DNA of 64,000 nucleotides from Geosiphon pyriformis uo1 (lineage: Eukaryota > Fungi > Glomeromycota), in assembly GCA_016748015.1 (NCBI GenBank), contig JAAOMT010000563.1, forward strand, positions 310,001 through 374,000. The letters run 5' to 3'. Within the stretch, counting starts at the first letter, position 1. Each line of letters starts with the position of its first letter. The translations under genes were made by a program, and so were the position numbers. The notes beneath the pieces were generated by a model. That model ran no database searches. It worked only from the letters and a program-made list of their open reading frames with translations, and was not told the DNA's origin. Below are positions 51,787 through 64,000 of this stretch, in pieces.

Positions 51787-54700
51787 TATTACTCATAAAA
51801 AAAAAAACAGATATAGAAAAAATAATAGACCAATGAGTAAATAGTATGTAGCATGTAAGCACATTGCTCAGCAATATAGAGCAATGATAGAAATCATGGC
51901 ACATTGCTCAAGAAATCATAGCACATTGCTTGGGAATATGAACAATCTCATAAAACATCAATTATGTATATATAGCAGTGTTACCAGTAGAATTTTAGCT
52001 ATTAATTAGCATGAAATTACTCTTATAATTCCTATAATTAATTAGTATATTAATATTATTTCAAATTATTATTTATTATTTAATCAATTATTACATATCA
52101 TGATTCAATTAAATAATCCAATTAGTATAACAAAAAGTAGGATGATCAAATTACACAATACTCTGAACTTTGTAACATTCAAAAATTCGCCGAAATCTAC
52201 AAAAATTCACTAAAATTTATAGAAATTCGCCAAAATTATGAATAGTTCACCCAAATTAATCAATAGTTCAGTGAAATAACTTGTAGTTCATCAAAATGTA
52301 TCTTTAGTTTGCCAAAATTTGAGCAAAGAAAAAAAGTGCAAGTTTATAGACTAGTATTACAACAAGTTGTATAAAAGAAAAGCTTTTTTCTTCAAGAAAA
52401 TATATCTTACTTTAGATTTACCACTTAGAACCATTCCTATACACACAAAAAAAAAATATTAAATAATTCGAAAAACCAATTTCTTTAAATATTGCACTTG
52501 GAAAATCTCCAAAAACCCAACTAACGTTTGGAAATTGATTAGCTACCAATATCAGTAAACTGTTAGTAACTTCAGGCCTGAATAAAAAACGTTTTCCTTG
52601 ATAAAATCCTATTTCTTTTACATTTCTTTTATTTTTCTTTTCTTTTCTTATTACAATCATTAGGGTAGTCTACAGACAAGATTCCTGTAGAAGAGTTGAC
52701 TTTCACAGCAAAGTAACTACACATTTTTTAGTAAGCTTCCAGATAAGCAGTTCTTGGGAAAGAGTTGACATTTACTACAACATAACTACATAAAGTAACT
52801 GGCAAGGAATTGGCCATTCTACTTATAAGCCCAGCAGTTCAAATTATAGGAGATAATTTGAAGATAAATTCAGTTACTGAAGGTTCAACTACTTTTAGAA
52901 AACGTGAATTTGCAATCAACAGACATTTACAACATTCAAGAAAAGAGACCAAAAATCTCCAGTAACAGTGGTAGTGTTAGAAGTAAAAAGATAAAAATTC
53001 TTTAGTTAGAAATTTTTTATCCACAAATATTAAATAAATAAATCATTCACTATCCAAATCCACTTTTCACTATCAATACATTATGTTAATAGTAATTGAT
53101 ACCTAACTCTGCTGGAACAATAGCTCTTGATCATGGCTATTGATAAAATACTAATATGCATATTACCTTGGCTTATTTTTTTATTTTCTTTTATTTCTTT
53201 TTTTTTTTGATTTTTACTGTCATATACTAACTGATTAAGGATTAAAGCGCTGAGTAATTGACGTTACAGATAGCCTGGTAAAAGACCCAGAAATAAGGGT
53301 AAAATTATATATATATTAATAGATAGCTTATCAGAAGGGCACGACTGCCAGAATAAACTGGCTACCAAGCTGAAGACAGAAATTGGGAACACAACTTACC
53401 AACCAACTACATTGTCATTGAATCTCTGTCTATTATACAAAGAACTCAACTCTAAAATCTTCAGATACAACCAATGTACCAGTATCATCAGCATTGTCAA
53501 GATATTGAGCACCAAGTTATAGATTTGTTATTTGATTTGAGACTCCAAATAATCATCTGTAATATTTGGTACTTCCTGTAAGGTATAATTCTACAGAGAA
53601 CAGCACCAATTATAATCATCCAAACAGTGGCAGAATCCAAAGAAATAGGAACAAACCATTTAGGATTTGCAAAATCCTTATTTCAACACTATCACACTCA
53701 TCTCGAATTAACAAATAATAGTTGGCCAACCAAATCAGCTTTCAATTGCTATGTCAACAAAAGAATAGTATATCACTTAAGAGGCCAAGGAGATCCAGAA
53801 TCCACCTTCAACAACTTTTTCAGTGAATTACTTCAAAGAACTACCCTTCTACAAAATTACTTATTTGTATTCTTAATTATGAAAATAAATAGAAAAATTG
53901 AAAAATACACCAAACAGAGATTTCCTATCACTTTTGCAGACAAAGGCAAAGAAAGGCTACAAACATTAGCAAAAACACCAAAGCAAATCCAACTACCCAC
54001 TTGGAAGAAACAAAGGTTTGATTTACTTGCTAATCCATTATATCACTATATACTCGGAAGCACTATCAATATAATAAACACAGCTATAACAGCCACTAAA
54101 CAGAATTCTATTCCAAAGTAAACAAAAGAAGGCAGAGTTATTAGGAACATACGGCAATTATTTTGAGAGATTTAAATCATGATCCCCAACGCCATCAGAA
54201 ATTTGATTACCACCACCACAACCAGATTTTGGAGCCATTAGTTCTTGGAAAATAACCAACTCTGAAGAGAAAAAAAGTAGCAATCAGGAAGTTAATAAGC
54301 AAAACCTGATTCTAAAACATTCAGAAATTAAAACTCTAGTTAATCAAACTCCGGAAAATCAGAATAATCAAAACCCCAATGTAATTAATCAGCACTTACT
54401 TTCAGTAATCATGATCAATCTACCACTAGCTCCACCAAATACCCAACAGCAACAACAGTCACAACTGCTATCTCAACAACAAATTTAGCAGCAACCACAA
54501 CCCAATTTAGATCCAATGGCATATGTACCAATAGCCAAACTTGAAAAATTCACCTGCAAAGAGGACAATGCCCAAGTATGGCTAAATAATGTGGAGAAAG
54601 CCATTGCAGCTAATGGATGGAATAATGCCAGAGCCATGCAAATCATCCTATATTTTCTCCAGAATACTGCTAATTCATGGTACCAAAGCCTGGTAAACAA

Positions 54701-55515
54701 ATTCCAAGATTTTAATGTATTCAAAATTGAGTTTTTAAGATATTTCAGCAACAATAATAGCATTAACAAGCTAGTAAACACATTCACTATTATCAAACAA
54801 AAAGAAAATAAAGCAGTTACTATTTACTTAAGACACTTCCATAGGAATCTGCACCAGATTCAAGCTATCAACACCAATTATTTCACAGTAGCCCAAATTC
54901 TAAATCAGTTTATTCATGGATTATGCAGTAGCATCTTGCAATGCATATGTCAATTGCATTCTAACAATCTGCAAGCAGCCATCACAAATGCCCAAAATTT
55001 TGAAGCTACTGAACTCAAAGTTAACCATGTCCAAGCCATTAACTTAGTAATGAATGGATCATCTAAATTGAATTCCAAATTGAAACAATTTAGTAATTCC
55101 ATCAATCAGAAATTAGAGAGATACTTAGCTGACAATCACACAATTTATCAACCACCACAACGATGCAATAATTCTGGAAATGTGAATCATTTCCAAAATC
55201 AGTCATGTTCATCATTATCAACCAATTAACAGTGACAACAAAAAATGTGTGTTTGCCACTATTGTAGTAAACAAAGACACCTATAAATTGATTGCCACCA
55301 TCATTTAAATAACCAATGATTGAGAAATCAATATTGAAACCCCAATCACCAGTTTTAAATTCCAAATAACTTACCAAACTTAGAGCCATATCATTAGAAT
55401 TACATACTTATGACATAACAGCCACTTTATCATCTACCAGTATATCAAGTGCCAATTTATCAATCAACAACACCAACAATTTATCAGCTACAGTCACAAC
55501 CCATTTATTAGCCAC
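51787..55515 (+). mobile_element. Gypsy family B copy 1: 5' LTR 51787-53564, PBS, gag; interrupted by copy 2
   Basis: LTR homologous to 55516-56358; PBS TTTGGTACTTCCTGTAAGG at 53565-53583; gag fragments 53627-54121 and 54516-55229. Confidence 0.88.
51979..52967 (+). mobile_element. Solo LTR-A inserted in LTR-B
   Basis: TGTTACC..GTAACA; flanks GCAG/GTGG, both derivable from a GCGG TSD. Empty site visible in LTR-B at ~56090-56125. Confidence 0.92.
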
Positions 55516-56378
55516 TGTTACAGATGATTATTTGGGGTTTCAAGTTAAATAACAAATCCGTAACTTGGTGCTGGATTGGTATTCTGGTGTTGATATCTAA
55601 AGGTTTTGTTGTGGAGTCTTTTGTATAATGGACAGAGATTCAAGTGTTGTCTTTCCTATAGCCTCTCAGAATTGCAATTTCATCGAATTTCTTTCTCAGC
55701 ATGGTGGCTGGTAATCTTGGCAGAGATGTCCTTCTGACAAGTTATCCTTAAATTTTCAATTCCTATACCCTTCCTTTGGGGTCTTTTACCAGATTATTCT
55801 TGACATTAATAACTCAGCACTTAATTTTTAATCAGTTTAATAAAACTAACAAAATGACAAAACAAAGAAAATAAAAGAAAAAAATAAAGAAATAAATGAA
55901 AGCAATTGCAAGTTAGTATTCTGTCAATAGCCATGATCAAGAGCTATTGTTCTCATATAGTTAAGTATTACTTACTATTAACATAAAGTGTTGATAATGG
56001 AGAGTGGATTTAAGATAGTGAATAATTATTTATTAATATTTGTGAATGGAAGGTTGCTTAAATCAAATCTAAACTGAGAGATCTGTTTTTTCTACTTCTA
56101 ATGCTACTGCTATATATACATAATTTGGGTTCTATGAAATCACTCACATTCCTAAGTAATATGCTATAATTTCTCAAGCAATGCTCATATTGCTAAGCAA
56201 TATGCTGTATTTTTTTGACATCGCTCCACATTGCTAAGTGATGTGCCATGATTTCTGATATTGCTCCACATTGCTAAGCAATGTGCTCACATGCTAACTA
56301 CTATTTTCCTATTGGTTTTTTATTTTCTTATATCTGTTTTCTTTTTCTATGAGTAACATTATTTCCTCTTTTTTAATA

Positions 56379-57029
56379 TTAAACTCCATCAAAATTTTTG
56401 TTTTGAATTAATTCTAATACTTCTTTTTCAAGTATTGTTTGTTTGACTCTGTTTCTCACATCTTTCACTTGTGTATTGTTCATTCTTCCCCATTGGTTAA
56501 TGGTTATGGTTTCTATATCAAAGTGTAACAGTATTTCTGGATAGTTTCGAAATATGTTGTGTAGTCAGTACATTGTTCTAACATGTAGTGTTGAATTTGT
56601 TTTCTTTCCGATAAATTCTTCAATTTGTTGTATTATGTCTTGGTTGAATATTTTCTTGGATTTGTTGATATACAACTCCTGAATATTCAACTTTCGACTT
56701 AATTGGTAGTAACAGTATGATATTGGAAGTTGTTTTGTTCACTGCTTCCAATTTTTTTTTGTAAGTTCTTCTGTTGGTACTATAATAGATATTTTTCCAA
56801 ATGTGTTCTTTACTTTTTCTATTATGTTATCTGACTAGTTTTTATTATTCTTTGGTACCCACTAATATGGTGTGTTCTTTGTCTTTCTTTTAGTGTTTTG
56901 ATAGCAAATTGTTTGGTTGTTAACGATAATTTCTATGTCTAACTATTGTTGACTTAAAGCCTGGAACAGTTGTTGAGCTATAATGTGAATATGATCTGGT
57001 ATTTCTATTTTCTTGATTGCTTTTGTCAT
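56379..57029 (-). pseudogene. Extra ORF (ORF3) between integrase and PPT, unknown function, disrupted
   Basis: Starts MTKAIKKIEIPDHIHIIAQQLFQ and ends ..LELIQNKNFDGV* next to the PPT. Has stops and frameshifts; a homolog exists in family A. Confidence 0.65.
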
Positions 57030-57067
57030 GTATACTGTATCTTTATATACTCTCTGATTGTTTGATT

Positions 57068-58444
57068 TTATGTGTTTGGTTTAATAACTATGGTTAGTTC
57101 TAGATCTCGTAGAATCTCATCTGGTTGAACTAGTATTCTTTGTACTCCTAGTTGTAAAATGTTATTGGTAAATGATGATGCTATCTGGTGATATTGTTTC
57201 AGTTGATTACCATGTGCTGCTTTGGCTAAGATTTTGTTGTTCCATCTTAATTTGTAAGCTCCATTTCCAAGAATTTCTTCAATGTGAAATGGTTCGTCCC
57301 ATTTGGGGTCAAATTTTCCACTCCATTGTTTTTCCACTTTAGTATGATGTAGAAATACTTTGTCTCCAATCTTGAATTCAACTGGTTTGTCTGGTAGTTG
57401 GTTATTGTGTCTCTCTTTTTGTTTCTCTTGTGACTTTTGTATGTTGTCAGCTGCTTTTTGTCATCTGTTTTCTAGTATTTCTATTAAGTCATATGTTTTT
57501 CTCAACAATGTTTCTTGAAAATTATCTTCTGTTATTGGTTTAGCTGAATATGTATTGACTTTTATCTCAACTGGTAATGTTGCTGTTCTACTGTATACTA
57601 GTTCAAATAGTGTTGCTTGTGTGGTATCTTGCTTTATTGTCTGATAAGCAAATAATACTGATGGTATAAACAAATCCCATTCATCTTGGTTTTCTTGACT
57701 GATTTTGGTGATTGCTTTACACAATGTTCTATTGAATCTTTCAACTAGTCTATTGGTTTGTGGATAATATGGTAATAATAATGGTCTTTTAATTCCAAAT
57801 CTTTAACTTAATTCTGCCAGTGTTCTGTTCACAAAGTAAGTTCCTTGATTTGATAATAGTTCTTTTGGATATCTATATCGACAAATCAAATCTTGATGAA
57901 CAAATTTGGCAATGAATTTTGCATCTATTCTTTGAATGGCTTTTGCTTTTGGCCATTTGGTAAGATAGTCCATGGCAACTGTGATATATCTGTTGTCTTT
58001 GCTGGTTATTGTTAATGATCCGACTAAGTTAATTCCAATACAATTGAATGGTTGTCCCATTTTAATTGGTCTTAATGGTTCACTTGGTCTTGCTTTTCCT
58101 CTTCTCTGACAAGCATCACAATTTTGCATATATTGGATGATGTCTGGATACATTGCTGGCCAATAGTATCTTTTTCTGGTTTTTTCCATGGTTGCTTTTT
58201 TGTGAAAATGCCCTGCTATTAGATCTGAATGCATATTGAATAATATTGTTTCTTTCTTTAATTCTGTGATTACTCTGGTTGGTTGATCTGGATTTCTCTT
58301 GTTTTTCTGGTAAAGTATATTTTGATGGTTGATAAAATATTTGGATTGTTGTTTTATGTCTCTTTGTTCTTTTTGAGATAATTTTTCCTTAAATAATTGA
58401 GTCTTTATATAATGTTGTAGTTGTTAATATTTTTGTATATTCAT
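57068..58444 (-). pseudogene. Gypsy-B integrase with GPF/Y module; no chromodomain seen
   Basis: HSDLIAGH..CDACQ, DYLTKWP, KFDPKWDEPFHI. Confidence 0.92.
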
Positions 58445-58489
58445 TTTTTGTTATATTTTTGGGTTGGAATGTTTTTAGATTTGTCTTAT

Positions 58490-59860
58490 TTATGACAATC
58501 TGTCAGCATTTCCATTATCTTTTTCCTTTTTATAATGTACTGTATAGTTAAATGGTGAAAGTTCTATTTTCTATCTGGCATGATGATCATCTGCAAATTC
58601 TTGTTTCTGAATTAAAGTCAGTTCCTTGTAATCCATGTATATTTCAAACTTTTGGCTCAAGTATTTTTTCCATTTTATGACTGCCCAATAGATTGCTAAG
58701 TATTCTAGTGCTGGAGTTCCATAGTTTTTTTCAGCTAGACTTAAGCTTCTACTGGCATAAGCTACTGGATGTTCTCTTTCATCTGGTTCTTTCTGCAATA
58801 GTACTGCTTCCAATGCTTGACTTAATGCATCCATAGTGATGATGAATGGTTTGCTGTGGTTTGGATATATCAACACTGGAGCTTGAATAAGCTTTTTTCT
58901 CAATGTGTTGAATGCTTTTTGTTGAGTTTTAGTCCATTTATACTTTATATTCTTAGTTTGTAGCTGGTAAAGTGGCAGAGCTAGTTTGGAAAAGTCCTTG
59001 ATGAAGTGGTGATAATAGTCTGCGAATCCCAAAAATGCCTTTAGTTCTGACAAGTTTGTTGGTACTGGAAAGTTCTTTACTATTGCAATCTTATCTGGAT
59101 CCGTTTTGATACTATCTTTGCTTACAACATGTCCCAAAAACTTGAGTTCAGTTTTTTCAAAGAAACACTTTGTTGCATTTAGTTTTAATCCGGCTCTTCT
59201 TAGTCTTTCAAACACTTGCTGGAGGTAATGCAAATGATCATTAAATGTTTTTGAAAATACATTGGTGTTGTCTAAGTATACAACTACTGATTTCCATAGT
59301 AGTCCAGTATATATGATTTTCATAAGCCGTTGAAATGTTGCTGGAGCATTTATCAAGCCAAATGGCATGACTTCAAATTCAAAATTCCCTTCTCTTGTTG
59401 TAAATACAATCTTTTTTTTGTTAGCTGGATCCATGGCTACTTGCCAGTAGCCACTATTTAGAAAACCATTTGTTTCCTCCAAAAGTGTTGAATAGTTCTT
59501 GGATCTTTGGAGTTGGGTAGCTGTTTCCCTTGGTTACTCCATTTAATTTCTGGTAATCTACACAAAAAGGAATTTTTCTATTCTTCTTCCGGACTAGTAC
59601 TACTGGTGACAACTATGGACTCATTGATAGCTGAATTAGCCCATTGTCAAGCATCTGATTGATTTCTTGATAAATAATCTCATGGCTAGCTGGTGGTACT
59701 CTGTATGCTTTTTGTTTAATTGGCATTGCATTTCTAGTTTTGATCTAATACTGGATGATGTTGGTGTGGCCAAATTCATTTTTGCTAGCAAAGATGTCAT
59801 TGAAGTTGCTGAGTAATATCTTTAGTTGTATCTGTTGGAGTGAGTCTAGATTTCCCATGT
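58490..59860 (-). pseudogene. Gypsy-B RT and RNase H
   Basis: MPFGLINAPATFQ, YLDN (mutated YLDD), ITMDAL, AYASRSL. Confidence 0.93.
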
Positions 59861-60289
59861 TTATCTGTTCCAATTGTTTTGATTAGAGCAGATACCATTT
59901 ACTTTATCCATAGATAGTTTGTGATGTGATGTCCACATATTTACACAGTTGTGGAAAATCTGGAATGTAATTTGGTGGTTGATCCTCAACTTCAGTGGTT
60001 AAATATTCAATGATAGTTCTCTCTGGTATTTCAATGATGTTTTCAGTTGTGTTGTAGATGGAGATTTTAATATTTTTGGAGCTGTTGGCTGAGATGTAGA
60101 GATTGGTGAGTCTAATCTCTTCTAATTCACAAATGATGGCTTCTGCTTCAAACAATTGAGCTTGATCCTTCACTTTTCTTTTTATGACTAACATATACTG
60201 GTCATATGGTAGAATGGAAATTGCTTGATGGGTTGAGATAATTTCTCCTTTGTCAACAATTTTTTCCTCTGCCATATTGACTGGTATAT

Positions 60290-60720
60290 TTATTCTATCT
60301 GTTGATCCAAATCTCTGTATCCCTCTAGCTGTAATTCTTAATTCCTTTCTGTTTTCCACTAACACTAATTGAGCTATTTTCACCAGAGGTAGAAATATTG
60401 TCTGTGCTATCTTTTCATTTGGATCTATGACATATGTCTTTTCTGAATTATTTTGTAGCATAGCAATGATATTTCCTACATATTCTGCATCAATTATTTT
60501 TTCTCTAATGTTAATTCCCTTTTTTGCTAAACTATTCTTAGATGCTAGTTGAACCATTGTTGTTGCTGGAATTTCCAGTGCTATTTTCAGATTGATGTAA
60601 GTGTGCGAATGTGGTTCCAATTTGATGAGATCTTTCCCTGAATATCTCAGATCAAACTCTATATTAGTATCATGTATGTGTTTTGGCATAATACCTTCAT
60701 TATTATCACTGAACCATTTT
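60290..60720 (-). CDS. dUTPase domain within Gypsy-B pol (degenerate)
   Basis: EFDL, QLASKNSLA, IIDAEYVGNI, EKIAQTI, RGIQRFGST. Confidence 0.88.
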
Positions 60721-60959
60721 AGTTCTTGCTTCTTGGTGAGGTCAGGGAGCACGATATATTGTTTGTAGTTTGAATTAGAGTTTGAATCTGAGTTGGAATC
60801 ATTGTCATTGTTATTGTCATTTTGAACAGAGCTGGGACCATTATTTTTGTTATTATTATTGTTGGAGTCTGAATTGGAATTGGAAACTGATTCCGATTCC
60901 AATGCACAGCTGTTAATTGGTTCTTCTTCCTCTGGGATTGTGTAGATTATACGTGGTAA

Positions 60960-61625
60960 TGGATTGTAAATGAGGTCACACTCATTACAATATTGGAAGT
61001 CACAGGGAATTAAACAATGGTCACATAATTGAGTATTGATTTCTTCCAACCATTGCTCTTGTTCCTCTTTAGTGGGTACTAATTTTTGGTAGTGTTTGTG
61101 GAATTGTTCTGGATCTAGTAGATTTATGACTGGTTCTGGGTTCCAGTCAAGTTCTATAGATTCAGATGGGTTGTCTTTGATTGTTTTTATTTCTTCTGGT
61201 GTCACTCCTTCGATTTTGGCAAGTGCTATTCACCAGATTTTGTCATTGTCGTGTGAACATCCATCCAGATGTTTGACAGCTTATCTTCAGGTGACATCTA
61301 TGGGCATTTTTTTTCTTATCCAGTCACTTATGAGAATCATGGTTTGACACAATTTGTTGTACATTTTTCTTTATTCAGGAATGTCATTCCACATTCCTTT
61401 GTCCAGAAGAGTTTTACCACAAGCCAAGCATGATTCATTGTCCCATTTCCCTTTTTGTTTTGGATGTCCAAAGCATTCTATGATGTACACGCGGTAATAA
61501 AATTTGGTCACTGTTGAGTATTCCTCATTATTACCACAACACGTACTCATTGACAACAATTTCTTGCCACAATCGACGCATATGAGTTTTGGGTAACAAT
61601 AGCTTGATTGTGGTATTGTGTACAT
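60960..61625 (-). other. Cys-rich insert of Gypsy-B, homologous to 24700-25400
   Basis: CVDCGKKL, KWDNESCLAC, HD, LCDHCLIPCDFQYCNEC. Confidence 0.7.
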
Positions 61626-61899
61626 ATATGTAGAATGAATAGGGATTGGTATGGAATTTTCTTCTTTCTCTTCTTTTCATTCCCAGGTTGTTGATAATTT
61701 GTCCTGATCATTATGAGTTTCTCAGTTTTGGTTAGCATTTCAGGTAAGTTCTTCTCTTTTCTTTTCTTTCCTGTTATTGTTGTCTCACAAAGGTACTGGC
61801 AGCAGCTCATTGTGTTCTTCATCAGCCCAGGACACTTGATAAGCTTTCCAGGTAGGTTTTTCTTTTTTTTCTTCAAACTCTATGAGTGGTGCTATCGAA

Positions 61900-64000
61900 T
61901 TGGTGGTTGTAAAGTGGCCACACATGGCTGGTACATGTGTGTGTTATCTGTTCTGGCTGATTTGAAGCTCCTGCATATTTCAATCAAGCAATACATTGGT
62001 TTTAGATAGCCAATCATTACCAATGAGTGCTTGGTATTGGGTGGCTTTCATAACTAATACTTTGATTGGTACAATAATGCCGTTGACTTCTATAAGAAAG
62101 TCATCAATCTCACCAATGAGAATTTTGGTTGCTCATAATTCTGACACTGGCAGCACAATTAACTTAGTGACCTAATTGATCCATAAATTGCTTTGTAATA
62201 ATGCTGTCAGTTGATCCACTATCTAGGATCAGTTTGATGAAATGGCCATTGACTTTGGCATCAGTGTACATAATGGTAATGGGTTTTTTCTCGAATGTGG
62301 CTCTACTGAATAATGGTGTTTGTGACAGTTCCTCAAATTCAAATGAAAATATTGCTACTAGTAATTCATCATTGGTAATGATGGCTAGAGGTATGTTGTT
62401 GGTAAGTGATTGTTTTTGGTTGGTTTTTGGATTATTGGGTGGGACATCTTCTGGGGTAATCAGGAGACTTAAATAGTTCTGGGAATTCGGATTTTGGGCA
62501 TACCTGGTGCCTGAATTCCATGGTTGAGATCTTGATAGTTGTGCCGTGGAACTGGGATCAGTTGATGGACTACCATCAATGATCTCCAGCTTTGCTGTGT
62601 TAATCTTGGTCTTTGAATTCTGTTTTAAGGTAAGTTTTGTGGTGGTATTTGATGTTATTGGGACAGATAATTTACTTGAGACTGTAGCTGATAATTGGAT
62701 TGGGACTATGGTTAATAAATTGTTGCTGGAAGCTAATAGACTGGAGGTGAGTATAATTGCTGTGTCATTGGTGTTTGATATATTGGCTGCATCATAGGTA
62801 GGTAATTTTGTTGATATAGAGCTGGATTTGATTGATTACTGACATAATTCTGAGTTTGTAGTTGGTGATCAGAGTTTTGATACTGATTAACTGATTTCTG
62901 ATCACTTATCTTTTTTCGACATTCAAATTGCAAATGTTCTTGTCTACCACAATAGTGGCAAATATGTATTTCCTGCTGCCACTGTTGATTGGTCAAGGAT
63001 GTTGGACACGACTGATTCTGAAAACAATCCGTGTTTCTGGAATTATTGTGTTGTTGTGGTGGTTGATATATTGTGTGATTGTCAGCTAAGTATCCTTCCA
63101 ATTTCTGATTAATTGAATTACTGAATTGTTTCAATTTGGAATCCAATTCAGATGATCCATTCATGACCAGGTTTACAGCTTGAGCATGATTGGCTTCTAG
63201 TTCAGCTACTTCGAAATCTCGTACATTGGTAACTGCATCCTGGAGAGTTTGTGGGTGCATTGGGCGTATGCGTTGAAGGATGTTACTGTGCAACTCACGA
63301 ATAAACTGGTTTAGAATTTGTGGTGCTGTAAAATAGTCAGCTTGGATTACTTGAATTTGGCGTAGATTCTTGTGAAACCATTCCAAGTAAGTGGTAACTG
63401 CTTCAGTTTCCCCTTGTTTGATTGTGATGAAGGTGTTGGCTAACTTGTTGATGCTATTATTGTTATTAAAATACCTCAAGAATTCAGTTTTGAATTTGTT
63501 AAAATTTTGGGGTTGGATGGTAAGGCTTTGGTACCATGCATTGGTGGTGTCCTAAAGAAAGTAGGAAATTGCTTGCATGATTCTAGCATTGTCTTAGTTA
63601 TTGGCTGTAATTGTTTTAGCTATATTATTCAGCCAGACTTGGGCATTATCTTCTTCACTGGTGAATTTATTGAGCTTTACGATTGGTGCGTATGTCATTT
63701 GTTGTTGTTGTTGTAGTACAGGCAGCTGATGAATTTGTTGAAGCGGTTGTTGGGGTGGCTGTCATATGGATTTGGCTAGTGGCTGATTAATGATAATTCC
63801 AGAAGATAAGTTTTGTTGATTAATTAAGTCGGGATTTTAGTCGTTCTGATTTGGCTGTGTTTGAAAATTTGGAGTTTTAATTTCCGGATTTTCTAAATTT
63901 AGATTTTGCTAAGTCTGGAAATTTGGGGGTTTTAATGTTTGGGTTCTTTGGAATTGGGTTCTGGTAAGTAAATTCTTGATTTTCAGATTCTTCTTTCTTT
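61900..64000 (-). pseudogene. Gypsy-B gag and protease
   Basis: ORF 62733-63479 with CHYCGRQEHLQFEC; LILDSGS at ~62215; ALIGNDWL. Confidence 0.88.

Larger units (their letters stand above)
55516..64000 (-). mobile_element. Gypsy family B copy 2, nested antisense in copy-1 gag; 5' part outside window
   Basis: 3' LTR 55516-56358 (TG..CA); PPT AAAAAAGAGGAAATAA at 56359-56374; gag-PR-Cys-rich-dUTPase-RT-RH-IN-ORF3. Confidence 0.93.

Noticed and set aside
53565-53583. Specific tRNA assignment for the PBSs
   Set aside because: The sites are mutated and host tRNA sequences are unavailable; the resemblance of PBS-B to elongator tRNA-Met is only suggestive.

Overview
AT-rich eukaryotic, almost certainly fungal, DNA made of nested and decayed transposons. 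I found no intact host gene, RNA gene or CRISPR array, and an 882-N gap sits at 19490-20371. The repeat proteins look Glomeromycotina-like (e.g. Geosiphon), but that is recognition only and unverified. Contents: (i) two full-length LINEs (ORF1 RRM+CCHC; ORF2 APE-RT-RNase H-zinc finger) plus a 5' fragment of a third; (ii) four copies of an ORF1-only non-autonomous 'half-LINE' family; the two copies with visible 3' ends share the LINE 3' tail, and one shows TPRT hallmarks; (iii) two Ty3/Gypsy families (A, B) whose polyprotein has a Cys-rich insert and a dUTPase between protease and RT, plus a homologous extra ORF in the env position, with several solo, nested or recombinant LTRs; (iv) a pogo/Tigger-like DNA transposon with TIRs and an internal 57-bp array, and an hAT remnant. 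All elements are inactivated by a strongly transition-biased C>T/G>A process that is not limited to CpG. All alignments and counts were done by eye.
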